This document shows positions 10,543 to 19,791 of a stretch of 64,000 nucleotides of DNA, piece after piece (position 1 is the stretch's first letter; every line of letters begins with the position of its first letter). Source of the stretch: a bacterium (lineage in GTDB: Bacteria > Patescibacteriota > Dojkabacteria > JAKAPS01 > JAJZLI01); contig JAJYFR010000002.1 in assembly GCA_021785355.1 (NCBI GenBank), forward strand, positions 10,529 through 74,528. The letters run 5' to 3'. The position numbers and the translations under genes were made by a program. The notes beneath the pieces were generated by a model that did not search any database, had not been told where the DNA came from, and saw only the letters and a program-made list of their open reading frames with translations.

Positions 10543-10971
10543 TTATTTTATATTTATAAATTGTTTATCTTCATATTCATGCTTTCCTTCAGGATACACA
10601 TGTAAATACTTAAGTCTTAGATCTCTTAATTTATTCTTAGGTAGCATTCCTCCTACTGCATTAGTTATAACAAATTCAGGATTCTTCTCTATTTTTTCTG
10701 ACAAAGATTTCTCTTTTAATCCACCTGGATAACCAGAATGGGTATAATACATCTTTGTATTTATTTTTTTATCCGAGATTTTTAAAAATTTAGAATTAAT
10801 AACAACCACATGGTCTGAAAAAACCAAATTTGAAGAATAATCTGTTTTATGTTTTCCAATCAACAATTTTGATATCTCAACTGATATTTTTCCTAAATTT
10901 GCATCCTTAGCATCTATTAAATACCAATTTCTTTTTAATTCTTTTACTGAGCTAAATTTTGTTTTAAACAT
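10543..10971 (-). CDS. rplM: 50S ribosomal protein L13.
   Basis: N-terminal WYLIDAKDANLGKISVEISKLLIGKHK matches the L13 consensus. Confidence 0.9.
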   Translation of the reverse strand: MFKTKFSSVKELKRNWYLIDAKDANLGKISVEISKLLIGKHKTDYSSNLVFSDHVVVINSKFLKISDKKINTKMYYTHSGYPGGLKEKSLSEKIEKNPEFVITNAVGGMLPKNKLRDLRLKYLHVYPEGKHEYEDKQFINIK

Positions 10972-10975
10972 ATAA

Positions 10976-11329
10976 TCAGTCTACTAATTTAATCTTAACT
11001 ATTCTAGCATTATCACCTTTCCTTTGTCCTATATGTACTATACTTGTAAAACCAGACATTCTTTCTTTATACCTATCTTTTAATATATCTAATACTTTAT
11101 CTGCAGAAAGTTTTGTAGGTAACATAGCATAAAGTCTTCTACGTGCATTTAAATCACCTTTTTTTCCTACAGATATTATTCTATCTACTAGAGAAGATAC
11201 AGCTTTTGCTTTTGCTTCAGTAGTTTTAACTTCTTCATACTGAATTATAGAAGCTGCTAAATTCTTTAGCATAGCATCTCTATGTGATTTTACTTTATTT
11301 AATTTTTTTACTCTTTTTTGGTGTCTCAT
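10976..11329 (-). CDS. rplQ: 50S ribosomal protein L17.
   Basis: MRHQKRVKKLNKVKSHRDAMLKNLAASII matches the L17 N-terminus. Follows rpoA. Confidence 0.9.
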   Translation of the reverse strand: MRHQKRVKKLNKVKSHRDAMLKNLAASIIQYEEVKTTEAKAKAVSSLVDRIISVGKKGDLNARRRLYAMLPTKLSADKVLDILKDRYKERMSGFTSIVHIGQRKGDNARIVKIKLVD

Positions 11330-12098
11330 CTTTATCTATTTTTTTTGTTGATTTTTTAACTTTTTCTTTTTTTTCTAAATCTACAACTATTTGTTCATTT
11401 AAATTATTAAATACATTACATACCTCTACTAATGCAGATTTTAATGCTAATGTAGGATTTATTGATTTTGTATGAATATCTATTATAACTTCATCCAAAT
11501 CAGTATTCTCCCCCACTCTAGTATTAACTACATTGAAATTTACAATACTAACGGGAGAAAAATCTGCATCTACAGGAATTGTACCAATAGAGGATCTTTT
11601 AGTGTTATCTACTAAACTATATCCATAAGATGTCTCCAATACCAATTCCATGTTCAATTTAGATTTAGAATCAGTTAGAGTTGCTACAATAGCTTCAGGA
11701 TTTAATATTGTTACTGAATCTGTCAATTCTATATCTTTAGCTGTAACAATTTTTTCTCCTTTCTGAGATATTTTAAGAACTTGAGGTTCATCTGATCTAG
11801 AATAAAATTTCAATTCTTTTATATTTAAAATAATATTCAAAACATCCTCTAAAATACCATCTAAAGAAGCATATTCATGTTCAGCTCCTTCAATTTTTAC
11901 AGAAGTTATAGCAGAACCTTTTAGTGCTGAAAGTAATATCCTTCTTAGTGTATTACCAACTGTATATCCATATCCTTTATTTAAAGGTGATATAGAAAAT
12001 TTTCCGAAGAAATCATTTTCTTCTAATGTTTTTATTTGTTGTAAATTATTATCTATCATAAAGGTTTTATATATAAAATTATCTAGAATAAAGCTCAA
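11295..12098 (-). CDS. rpoA: DNA-directed RNA polymerase alpha subunit. Only the N-terminal dimerisation domain plus a Lys-rich tail is present; no alpha-CTD.
   Basis: GYGYTVGNTLRRILLSALKGSAITSVKIEGAEHEYA is the alpha-NTD signature. The ORF ends at 267 aa with KKEKVKKSTKKIDKDETPKKSKKIK and overlaps the rplQ start by 35 nt. Confidence 0.85.
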   Translation of the reverse strand: MSFILDNFIYKTFMIDNNLQQIKTLEENDFFGKFSISPLNKGYGYTVGNTLRRILLSALKGSAITSVKIEGAEHEYASLDGILEDVLNIILNIKELKFYSRSDEPQVLKISQKGEKIVTAKDIELTDSVTILNPEAIVATLTDSKSKLNMELVLETSYGYSLVDNTKRSSIGTIPVDADFSPVSIVNFNVVNTRVGENTDLDEVIIDIHTKSINPTLALKSALVEVCNVFNNLNEQIVVDLEKKEKVKKSTKKIDKDETPKKSKKIK

Positions 12099-12699
12099 CT
12101 ACTAAGTTAGGTTGCATACTAGGATCAAAGAACTCTTTTTGAGGAAAACTTATAACTTTTCCTTTTGTTCCTGATACTTCGATCCATTCAGGTATATTTA
12201 AGTCTACACCCAATAAAGGATCTTTAAAGTATTCACCTTTTGAACTTTTTAGTTTTACTTCGATTTCGTCATTTTCCTTTAATAAAGTAGATGGAATATT
12301 GTTTCCTTTCCCATTTATCATGAAATGTCCATGATTGACTAACTGTCTTGCTGCTACTCTATTAGGAGCATAACCCATTCTATATACAATATTATCAAAC
12401 CTTCTTTCTAATACCTGTAATAAGTTATATCCAGTATCTCCCGTTTGATTTTGAGCTATTTCATAATATCTTTTAAATTGTTTTTCTAATAAACCATAAA
12501 TTCTTTTTATTTTTTGCTTTTCTCTGAATTGAACAGAAAAGTCACTTTGTCTTCTATATGAATATCTATTAGAACCTGGCAAAGAACCATTTCTTTTGGT
12601 AAAAACACATTTCTGAGAATAACATTTAGCACCTTTTAAATAAAGCTTCTGATGCTCTCTTAAACATTGCTTACATTTTGATTCCGTATATCTAGCCAT
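12079..12699 (-). CDS. rpsD: 30S ribosomal protein S4.
   Basis: N-terminal Cys-rich MARYTESKCKQCLREHQKLYLKGAKC, and the S4 domain. Confidence 0.9.
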   Translation of the reverse strand: MARYTESKCKQCLREHQKLYLKGAKCYSQKCVFTKRNGSLPGSNRYSYRRQSDFSVQFREKQKIKRIYGLLEKQFKRYYEIAQNQTGDTGYNLLQVLERRFDNIVYRMGYAPNRVAARQLVNHGHFMINGKGNNIPSTLLKENDEIEVKLKSSKGEYFKDPLLGVDLNIPEWIEVSGTKGKVISFPQKEFFDPSMQPNLVVELYSR

Positions 12700-12713
12700 A
12701 ATATAAAAATAAA

Positions 12714-13127
12714 TTAATTTCTCGGTTGCTTTTTAGGCCTACATCCATTATGTGGTATAGGTGTTATATCAGAAAGTGAGAGAATTCTCAAGCCTGAATT
12801 TCTTAAACTTTTTACAGCCATTTGTCTTCCTGTACCAGGACCTGATATAAATACATCCACTTCTGATAAACCATATTTCACTGATTTATTAGTAGCGTCC
12901 TCTGCAACTCTTGAAGCTGCATAAGGAGTAGATTTTCTTGCACCTTTAAAACCTACAATACCTGAAGATGAAGATGATATTACATTACCTTCAGGATCCG
13001 TAATAGTTACAATAGTATTATTAAAAGAAGTAACTATATAAGCCCTACCTTTAGGAACCTTTCTTCTAACTTTCAACTGTTTTGTCTGTACTTTTTTAAC
13101 TGTATTCTTTATATTTTTATTTGCCAT
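12714..13127 (-). CDS. rpsK: 30S ribosomal protein S11.
   Basis: IVTITDPEGNVISSSSSGIVGFKGARKSTPYAA matches S11. Confidence 0.9.
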   Translation of the reverse strand: MANKNIKNTVKKVQTKQLKVRRKVPKGRAYIVTSFNNTIVTITDPEGNVISSSSSGIVGFKGARKSTPYAASRVAEDATNKSVKYGLSEVDVFISGPGTGRQMAVKSLRNSGLRILSLSDITPIPHNGCRPKKQPRN

Positions 13128-13128
13128 A

Positions 13129-13527
13129 TTATTTCTTTTCTATTTTTTTCTTTAAACCTCCAACTGCTATATGCTTACCCTTCCTTGTATGCGCATTATG
13201 TCTAGTTATTTGACCTCTTACAGGTAGCCCTAATCTATGCCTAATTCCTCTATAACAACGAATATCTCTTAACCTTTTTATATCTTGATATACTTTTTGT
13301 CTTAGGTCTCCCTCTATTAAGAAATCTCCTCTTTCTAAAATAGTTCTAATTCTAGAAATTTCATCTTCAGACAAATCATAAGTTCTTTTATTAATATCAA
13401 CTCTAGCTAAATTAAGAATTTTACGAGAAGATGAAAAACCTACACCATAAATAGCAATTAAACTTGCTTCTATTCTTTTTTTTAATGGCAGGTCTATTCC
13501 TGCTATTCTTACTTGACTATTTGCCAT
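13129..13527 (-). CDS. rpsM: 30S ribosomal protein S13.
   Basis: MANSQVRIAGIDLP...IYGVG N-terminus and a basic C-terminus. Confidence 0.9.
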   Translation of the reverse strand: MANSQVRIAGIDLPLKKRIEASLIAIYGVGFSSSRKILNLARVDINKRTYDLSEDEISRIRTILERGDFLIEGDLRQKVYQDIKRLRDIRCYRGIRHRLGLPVRGQITRHNAHTRKGKHIAVGGLKKKIEKK

Positions 13528-13532
13528 ATTAA

Positions 13533-13649
13533 TTATCCTTGTCTTTGCTTATGCTTTGGAGTACGTTTACAGTAAACGTAAACAATTCTCTGTCTTTTAA
13601 CAACATAACAACTATTACATATTTTTTTTACTGAAGATCGTACTTTCAT
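13533..13649 (-). CDS. rpmJ: 50S ribosomal protein L36 (38 aa). It is absent from the ORF track because it is so short.
   Basis: Manual translation of the minus strand gives [38 protein letters not shown]. This is the classic L36 C-x2-C...C...H zinc ribbon, lying between infA and rpsM as in the canonical order. Confidence 0.85.
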   Translation of the reverse strand: MKVRSSVKKICNSCYVVKRQRIVYVYCKRTPKHKQRQG

Positions 13650-13654
13650 AAAAA

Positions 13655-13870
13655 TTAATAACGATAAACTATTCTTCCTCTACCTGGATCATAACGAGAA
13701 AACTCAACCTTAACCTTATCCCCTAGAAGTATCTTTATATAATGCATTTTCATCTTACCAGATAAATATGCAAATACCTCCTTACCTTCTTCTAATTGAA
13801 TTTTAAACGAAAGATCAGGATAAGCTTCTATAACCTTACCATCAAGTTCTATTTTATCTTTTGAACTCAT
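13655..13870 (-). CDS. infA: Translation initiation factor IF-1.
   Basis: The 71-aa S1-like OB fold ...[33 protein letters not shown] matches IF-1. Confidence 0.9.
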   Translation of the reverse strand: MSSKDKIELDGKVIEAYPDLSFKIQLEEGKEVFAYLSGKMKMHYIKILLGDKVKVEFSRYDPGRGRIVYRY

Positions 13871-13961
13871 ATTATAAAAACAACAAAAAGATTATAGCAA
13901 ACAAATATATTGTATGCAACTTGTAATATAAAAATTTAATCTTTAATGATATAATAAAGGT

Positions 13962-15632
13962 ATGATAGACAAAAGTCAAATTGAAAACATTAAACGAAGT
14001 GTTGACATAGTAGACATTGCTTCATCATATCTCACATTAAACAAATCAGGATCTAATTATTTCACACTTTGCCCTTTTCATCAAGAAAAAACACCCTCAT
14101 TTTCTATAAATACAAACTTACAAATTTATCATTGCTTTGGATGTAATGAAAGTGGAGATGTAATTTCATTAATTGAAAAATTAGAAAATATAGATTTCAA
14201 TGAAGCAATTGAATATTTAGCAAAAAAAGCTAATATACAGATTCAAAGAGAAAAAAACTATAAAAATCCTAATACTGATATATTAAAGGCAAATAAACTG
14301 GCAGAAGAATATTTCGTATTCAATCTTCAAAAAAATCCTTCTGCTTTAAAATATCTAGAGAAAAGAGGTCTTAAAAAAGAAATTGTACAAAAATTTAACA
14401 TAGGTTTTAGTACAAATAGGAACGAACTCAGTAATTATTTAATAAAAAAAGGATTAAATAAACAAAATTTATTAGATTATGGACTTTCTATAATCAAAGA
14501 TAATATATTATTAGATAAATTTAGAAATAGATTAATATTTCCAATAAAAAATATACATGGAGAAACAATAGGGTTTATAGGAAGAACACTTAAAGATGAA
14601 ATAAAACCCAAATATCTAAATTCTCCAGAAACTTCAGTATTTAAGAAATCAGAAATATTATACAGAATAGATTTAGCAAAAAGAGAAATTTCTAAAAAAG
14701 GTTTTGTGATAATTACTGAAGGAAATATTGATGTATTATCTTCTTTTCAAATAGGAATAGAGAATGTATTAGGAATACAAGGAACTGCCATAAGTGAAGC
14801 TCATATAAATATAATAAAAAGATATACTGATAAAATATATTTTGCATTTGATATGGATCAAGCTGGCTATAAAGCTCTAGAGCGTAGCGTTAAAATTGCA
14901 GAAGAAAATAGCATGTCATTTAAAGTACTCAATATCACTCATGCAAAAGATATTGATGAATATATACATAAATTTGGTAAACAAAAATATATAGACCTTA
15001 TAACAAATGCTCAAGAATACATAGACTTTGCAATTAATTATGAAATAAAAAACAATCCTATATCCTCATATGAGGATAAAATTAAAATAGTAGATAGTAT
15101 ATATCCAATAATAGAAAATATTAATAATAACATAAAAAAAAGTTTCTACCTCTCTTTATTATCTAAAGAACTAAATATTCCTTATGAAGTATTAAAAGAC
15201 TATAAAAAACCAAAAATTAAAAAGAATATAGATTCTCAAAAAATTAAATTTGCTAGTAATGAGATTTACTTTTTATACCTAATATTAGAAAGTAATACTC
15301 TTAAAAAAATAGGGATCGAAAACATTAAACCAGAATACATAAAAGGAAGTAATACTAATAAAATATATCAATATATTTTAGATAATAAAGTAGAAAAAGA
15401 TGTTCTTATATCTATAAAAGAAATAATATATAAAAATATAGATTCTCAATATATAAAAGAAAATAAAGATATAACTGATAAAGAAAAAGACCTTCTTACT
15501 ATTATCAAAAATATTAAAAACTCATATATAAAAGATAGAATTGATCAATTAAAAAAACAAATAGATAATAACAATAAGAATACAAACATACTTAATGAAA
15601 TAAAAAAACTCTCTTCAGAATACATTGTATAA
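13962..15632 (+). CDS. dnaG: DNA primase.
   Basis: CHC2 zinc finger (CPFHQEKTPSF...YHCFGCNESGD) and TOPRIM domain (VIITEGNIDVLS). Confidence 0.9.
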   Translation: MIDKSQIENIKRSVDIVDIASSYLTLNKSGSNYFTLCPFHQEKTPSFSINTNLQIYHCFGCNESGDVISLIEKLENIDFNEAIEYLAKKANIQIQREKNYKNPNTDILKANKLAEEYFVFNLQKNPSALKYLEKRGLKKEIVQKFNIGFSTNRNELSNYLIKKGLNKQNLLDYGLSIIKDNILLDKFRNRLIFPIKNIHGETIGFIGRTLKDEIKPKYLNSPETSVFKKSEILYRIDLAKREISKKGFVIITEGNIDVLSSFQIGIENVLGIQGTAISEAHINIIKRYTDKIYFAFDMDQAGYKALERSVKIAEENSMSFKVLNITHAKDIDEYIHKFGKQKYIDLITNAQEYIDFAINYEIKNNPISSYEDKIKIVDSIYPIIENINNNIKKSFYLSLLSKELNIPYEVLKDYKKPKIKKNIDSQKIKFASNEIYFLYLILESNTLKKIGIENIKPEYIKGSNTNKIYQYILDNKVEKDVLISIKEIIYKNIDSQYIKENKDITDKEKDLLTIIKNIKNSYIKDRIDQLKKQIDNNNKNTNILNEIKKLSSEYIV

Positions 15633-15666
15633 ACCCCCACCTTACCCAATTTCTGCGTATATTTGA

Positions 15667-15695
15667 TTGACTAGATAGACTTTTCATGATACAAT
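15667..15695 (+). promoter_or_regulatory. Sigma70-like promoter candidate TTGACT-N17-TACAAT, upstream of the SLT-domain gene.
   Basis: Near-consensus hexamers with an exact 17-nt spacer, read from the sequence. Confidence 0.35.
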
Positions 15696-15774
15696 AGCAT
15701 TTGTGTTTTTATTTTTTCTACTTATGTAAAGTTTATTCTTTATATAAGAGCTAATATTAAACTTATTAAACTTA

Positions 15775-16311
15775 ATGAATACAATTGAAAGATTACCTGC
15801 AAGTATTTTACTTGTTGCTGCTTTCATTATCTCCCCAATATTTTTTCTTACAAAACCTGCAATATCACAAAACAAAAATCCTATACAAGGAAATGTTGTG
15901 TCTTATTTTGCAAGTAAGAATGTAATATTAACAACTAGACTAAAAAAATTACCTACAGTAAATGAAAGTGTAGGCGAAGTTACTATCTCTTATAATTATA
16001 CTTCTGTACCTCAAAGGCAGAATACATTTAATTCTAATTTCAATAAATATTCAAATATTATTAGATCAGCTGCATCTCAATATAACGTAAGTTATAACCT
16101 TATGAACAGTATTATTGCATGTGAAAGTGGATATAATCCATTAGCATATAATCCATCTGGAGCATCAGGTATAGCACAATTTATGCCTTCAACATTTTAC
16201 GGTAGCTGGAATATATATAGATCAGGAGGTCTTTGGGATGCTACATCTCAAATATACGCTATGGCTCTTAAAATATCACAAGGTGGAGTAAATGCATGGA
16301 CTTGTAAATAA
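15775..16311 (+). CDS. Secreted or membrane-anchored lytic transglycosylase (SLT domain).
   Basis: ACESGYNP...SGASGIAQFMPSTF matches the SLT catalytic motif (E-S...GxxQ.MP.T). N-terminal signal/anchor. Confidence 0.6.
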   Translation: MNTIERLPASILLVAAFIISPIFFLTKPAISQNKNPIQGNVVSYFASKNVILTTRLKKLPTVNESVGEVTISYNYTSVPQRQNTFNSNFNKYSNIIRSAASQYNVSYNLMNSIIACESGYNPLAYNPSGASGIAQFMPSTFYGSWNIYRSGGLWDATSQIYAMALKISQGGVNAWTCK

Positions 16312-16316
16312 AGTTT

Positions 16317-17063
16317 TTAATAATCAATATTTACTTGATAAATATTAGGATTAAAACTGTAAGTCCCATTAATATTACCTATTATATTGTTAATATTAAA
16401 AACAGGAGCAATATAAGTTTTTGAATTATTACTAATTAAAAATTTATTATATAAAATAATACTTGTATCATATAAAGGTATATTAACAACTTTATTAGAC
16501 TGCAATAAAGCTGATATATATTTAAAATATATTTTAATTCCAGAATATTTACCAACAGGTAATCTTATACTACTCAAATAATATACATTTTTAGTATATT
16601 CTTCTAAATTAACTAGCTTATTAGAAACTGGTATTTGAATCCATTTTAAAGTCCCCATTTTTTCAACTAAAACTTGAGAAATAGCCATATTTAAGACCTT
16701 TGGAGGGGTATAGAAGATAGCTCCTTTAACAACAGGGGATAATTCACCCATAATTCCAAAATTCAAAGTACCTTTTTCTTGTATTGAAGTACTTTGTACG
16801 TAATTTGATGTAAAATTTTGAGCTATATAAGGTGAACTTATTGTACTGTTAAGAGTTGCTCCTATCACTATTCCTAAAGAAAGTATTATAGAAGTAAATG
16901 TCATAAAGAATACAATTTTAAACCAATTTACTTCAGGATTACGATTTATCGGATTCTCTAAAGTATGTTTTATACTCATATTATTTCTTATGAACTTTAT
17001 AATAGTTAAGAATAGCTTTATATACTTGAGAACTTGTAGAAAGATTCTCTGTAAATAAGACAT
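16317..17063 (-). CDS. Hypothetical membrane-anchored protein. The likely true start is the internal Met at ~16979 (MSIKHTLENP...), which removes the overlap with the upstream gene.
   Basis: One TM helix near the N-terminus, then a putative extracytoplasmic domain. No recognisable motif. Confidence 0.4.
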   Translation of the reverse strand: MSYLQRIFLQVLKYIKLFLTIIKFIRNNMSIKHTLENPINRNPEVNWFKIVFFMTFTSIILSLGIVIGATLNSTISSPYIAQNFTSNYVQSTSIQEKGTLNFGIMGELSPVVKGAIFYTPPKVLNMAISQVLVEKMGTLKWIQIPVSNKLVNLEEYTKNVYYLSSIRLPVGKYSGIKIYFKYISALLQSNKVVNIPLYDTSIILYNKFLISNNSKTYIAPVFNINNIIGNINGTYSFNPNIYQVNIDY

Positions 17064-17487
17064 CTTTTCTATTAATCTTCATTTGATCTAAAGCTCCATA
17101 TGAATATGTAGGTGTCAAATGAGAGAGAGAATACTGAGGAGAAACAGATTTAACCTTACTTGATGACTGAGAAGCACTAAGGAAGAATACATTTGAAAGA
17201 TATAAAGAATTAGATGTCTCACCTAAAACTTTTCCAAAATATATATTTAAATTTGAATCATTTAAAACTACAGCTTGGTATCCTGAACTATTTTTCATTG
17301 ATGCATAATTAGCTGCTAAATTACCTTGAGAGAAAAATATTGATTTTACTAATAAATATAAAACTATAATTACAACTATTACTAAAATTCCAGGTAATAC
17401 TAATTTATTATTACTTTTCATGGAAAAATCATTTTTAATTTCTTTGTCTTCTGAATATTTTGAAAAATTTGTTTCTAATTGGCTCAT
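16981..17487 (-). CDS. Hypothetical membrane-anchored protein.
   Basis: N-terminal TM helix (LVLPGILVIVVIIVLYLLV), then a soluble domain. Confidence 0.4.
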   Translation of the reverse strand: MSQLETNFSKYSEDKEIKNDFSMKSNNKLVLPGILVIVVIIVLYLLVKSIFFSQGNLAANYASMKNSSGYQAVVLNDSNLNIYFGKVLGETSNSLYLSNVFFLSASQSSSKVKSVSPQYSLSHLTPTYSYGALDQMKINRKDVLFTENLSTSSQVYKAILNYYKVHKK

Positions 17488-17493
17488 ATATGT

Positions 17494-17522
17494 ATATTAT
17501 TTAAAATATAATAAAATGTCAA
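17494..17522 (-). promoter_or_regulatory. Sigma70-like promoter TTGACA-N17-TAATAT, ending 6 nt before the ATG of 16981..17487 (candidate leaderless transcript).
   Basis: The reverse complement of 17488-17522 reads TTGACAttttattatattttaaaTAATATacatatATG. Confidence 0.35.
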
Positions 17523-17587
17523 GCGTGTGTTATGCGGGGGCCAGAACATGGTAACCAGTTAGAGGGATATAGACAATATATAAAAGA

Positions 17588-17629
17588 GTGTCTAAAGTTA
17601 GAGAATATCAATCAACTAAAATTAGACAC
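17588..17629. promoter_or_regulatory. Inverted repeat GTGTCTAA-N26-TTAGACAC, immediately upstream of the Fis-type HTH gene. Candidate operator or RNA hairpin.
   Basis: Perfect 8-bp arms, extendable to 9-10 bp with A-T and G-U pairs, ending 8 nt before the ATG at 17638. Confidence 0.25.
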
Positions 17630-17637
17630 TTTAATAT

Positions 17638-17871
17638 ATGATAAATGGTATACAACTAAACTACAATAAGCTTAGAGAAATAAACCCTCAAGCAGCAAGA
17701 GAAGTAATTTTGGAAATGCTAGAAACAAATAGATGGGATATATCTAAGAGCTCAAGAGATTTAAATACTACTAGAAATACAATTAAAAAAATACAGAAAC
17801 TGAATAAACAATACAGCGAAGATAAAGTAGCTCACTTCGGACAAAAAGGTCGGGAGTTTAAATCTCTCTAG
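17638..17871 (+). CDS. Small Fis-type helix-turn-helix DNA-binding protein.
   Basis: C-terminal NRWDISKSSRDLNTTRNTIKKIQKL matches the Fis/NtrC HTH_8 consensus (N.s.AA..LGisR.TLyrKlkk). Confidence 0.5.
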   Translation: MINGIQLNYNKLREINPQAAREVILEMLETNRWDISKSSRDLNTTRNTIKKIQKLNKQYSEDKVAHFGQKGREFKSL

Positions 17872-17970
17872 GTACTCAAAATGACAGAAACAGAAAGAAA
17901 TGTATACAAAGTTACAATAAAAGAGGGTTTTACACCCTACACCTCACGGTCGGTGTTTTAAGTACTGATC

Positions 17971-18957
17971 CTATAAATAAATATAAAAATCAGAACCTTT
18001 ATTCTCTATAGATTCAACTTTAAGAGTTGCTCCTATTTTTTCTAAACTTATTTTTGCTATATATAAACCTAATCCTAAACCTTCATAATCATAATTTAAA
18101 ACACTTGTTTTCCTCGAAAAAGGAACAAATATATTTTTAAGATTCTCAGGAGATATACCAATTCCTGTATCAGATATTTTAATAACCACTTTTTCAGTTT
18201 CTTTATATATAGAAACTGATATCAAACCTTCACTATGATTAAATTTGATTGAATTATCTATAATATTATTAATGCTTTTCTCTAAAATACTCTTGTCCGT
18301 AACTATAATCCCTATATGTTCATCAAAAGAAAATCCTACAGACATAGAAGATTCTTTAATTTTATTCTCTACTATATTTTTTACAAAATCAGAAAGATTT
18401 ACGTCTTCTTTTACTACTTTAAAATCAGGAGAATCTAGATATACTAAAGATAGAATTTCTTCATTTATTAAATTTAATTGTTTTAAAGAAGTATTTATTC
18501 TTTTTATTATTTGTAAGTCTTCTTCAGAAATATTTTTACTAGAACTAAGTATTTCTACATAACCAGAGATTGTAACCATAGGAGTTCTAAGATTATGAGA
18601 TACTACATAGATAAAATCTTCTTTCATTTTATCTACAGATAAAGCTTTCTTATTATTTTCAAAAATAACAGAAGTAATATTATCTATATTTTCTTTAAGA
18701 TTTATAAATTCTTTATTTTGAAATTTTGGAGAAAAATTAAAATCATTATCTTTCAATTTACTATTTAATTCAGAAAGCTTTGATAGATCAGATATATAAC
18801 TTTCTGATATATAGATAATGCCTATAAGAATAAGTGATAATACTGCTATTAGTATAAACACATATATCCTGAATCCTATCAATAAGATGAGTAAAACAGA
18901 ATATAGAATAAGAACTAATACACTAACTGTATATAGAACACTTTTTCTACTAAACAT
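17971..18957 (-). CDS. Sensor histidine kinase (2 TM helices, HisKA and HATPase_c domains).
   Basis: H-box VVSHNLRTPMVTISGY. G-boxes DTGIGISPENLKNIFVPFSR and GLGLGLYIAK. Confidence 0.8.
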   Translation of the reverse strand: MFSRKSVLYTVSVLVLILYSVLLILLIGFRIYVFILIAVLSLILIGIIYISESYISDLSKLSELNSKLKDNDFNFSPKFQNKEFINLKENIDNITSVIFENNKKALSVDKMKEDFIYVVSHNLRTPMVTISGYVEILSSSKNISEEDLQIIKRINTSLKQLNLINEEILSLVYLDSPDFKVVKEDVNLSDFVKNIVENKIKESSMSVGFSFDEHIGIIVTDKSILEKSINNIIDNSIKFNHSEGLISVSIYKETEKVVIKISDTGIGISPENLKNIFVPFSRKTSVLNYDYEGLGLGLYIAKISLEKIGATLKVESIENKGSDFYIYL

Positions 18958-18960
18958 ATA

Positions 18961-19149
18961 TTATTTTATAAAACTACTTTTATCTTTAGCGTCTAAGGAT
19001 AATAATAAGAATACTATTCCTACCAGAACCCAATCAGAAGGTTTTAGATAAAATCTAAGACTATATTGAATAATTCCTAATAGAGCTAATACTAAAGCAA
19101 TCATTGCTAAAACAAAAAATGTTTTCTGTATCTTTTTTGAATCTTTCAT
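18961..19149 (-). CDS. Small two-TM membrane protein (hypothetical).
   Basis: A 62-aa ORF with two hydrophobic helices. Only the hydrophobic pattern supports it, so this is weak. Confidence 0.25.
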   Translation of the reverse strand: MKDSKKIQKTFFVLAMIALVLALLGIIQYSLRFYLKPSDWVLVGIVFLLLSLDAKDKSSFIK

Positions 19150-19178
19150 AAAAAATCACCCCCTTATTAATAAATATT

Positions 19179-19718
19179 TTACTTATTAAATTTTACTTTA
19201 TACTCATCTAAAGTATCTTTTACAAAATCAATAGCATTATTTTTATCTTCCCAACCTAAAATTTTAACCTCCTTATTTTTCATCAATTTTTTATAATTAG
19301 CAAAATAAAATTCAATAGTTTTTAATACATGCTCATCTATATCTTTTAATTCTTGAACATCATTATAATAAGGATCATCATCTGCAACTCCAAAAACTTT
19401 GTGATCTAATTCTCCTGAATCTTCCATTTTGAGCATTCCTAGAACTCTTACATTAACTAATACTCCAGGAAAGGTATGTATTGAGCTAAGAGACATAATA
19501 TCCATTGGATCGTTATCATATTTATTCCAACTCTGAGGAATAAATCCATATTCAACTGGGTAAGATAAATCTGAATAACTTACTCTATCTAAAATCATAG
19601 CTCCTAGTTTTTTATTGTATTCTATTTTACCTCTATATCCTGAAGGATTTTCAACTACCATAAGTATATTTTGAAGGTCTTTTTCTACTGGGTTAATATC
19701 GTGAAATAAGTTTGACAT
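19179..19718 (-). CDS. ppa: Inorganic pyrophosphatase (family I).
   Basis: DNDPMDIM and EDSGELDHKVFGV motifs match the family I PPase active site. Confidence 0.9.
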   Translation of the reverse strand: MSNLFHDINPVEKDLQNILMVVENPSGYRGKIEYNKKLGAMILDRVSYSDLSYPVEYGFIPQSWNKYDNDPMDIMSLSSIHTFPGVLVNVRVLGMLKMEDSGELDHKVFGVADDDPYYNDVQELKDIDEHVLKTIEFYFANYKKLMKNKEVKILGWEDKNNAIDFVKDTLDEYKVKFNK

Positions 19719-19791
19719 AAAAAGTTGTAACTAATATAAAATATGTGGTTTAATAAATTATATTATAATTAAATGTTTTGTCAAGAAAAAT

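Noticed and set aside
17488-17970. RNase P RNA, SRP RNA or tmRNA in the GC-richer intergenic segments.
   Set aside because: The available non-coding space (150 + 99 nt) is too short for RNase P RNA or tmRNA. None of the conserved SRP (GGAA…AGCAG) or tmRNA tag or tRNA-like motifs is present. A short GACAGAAAC stretch resembles an RNase P P15-region motif only superficially.
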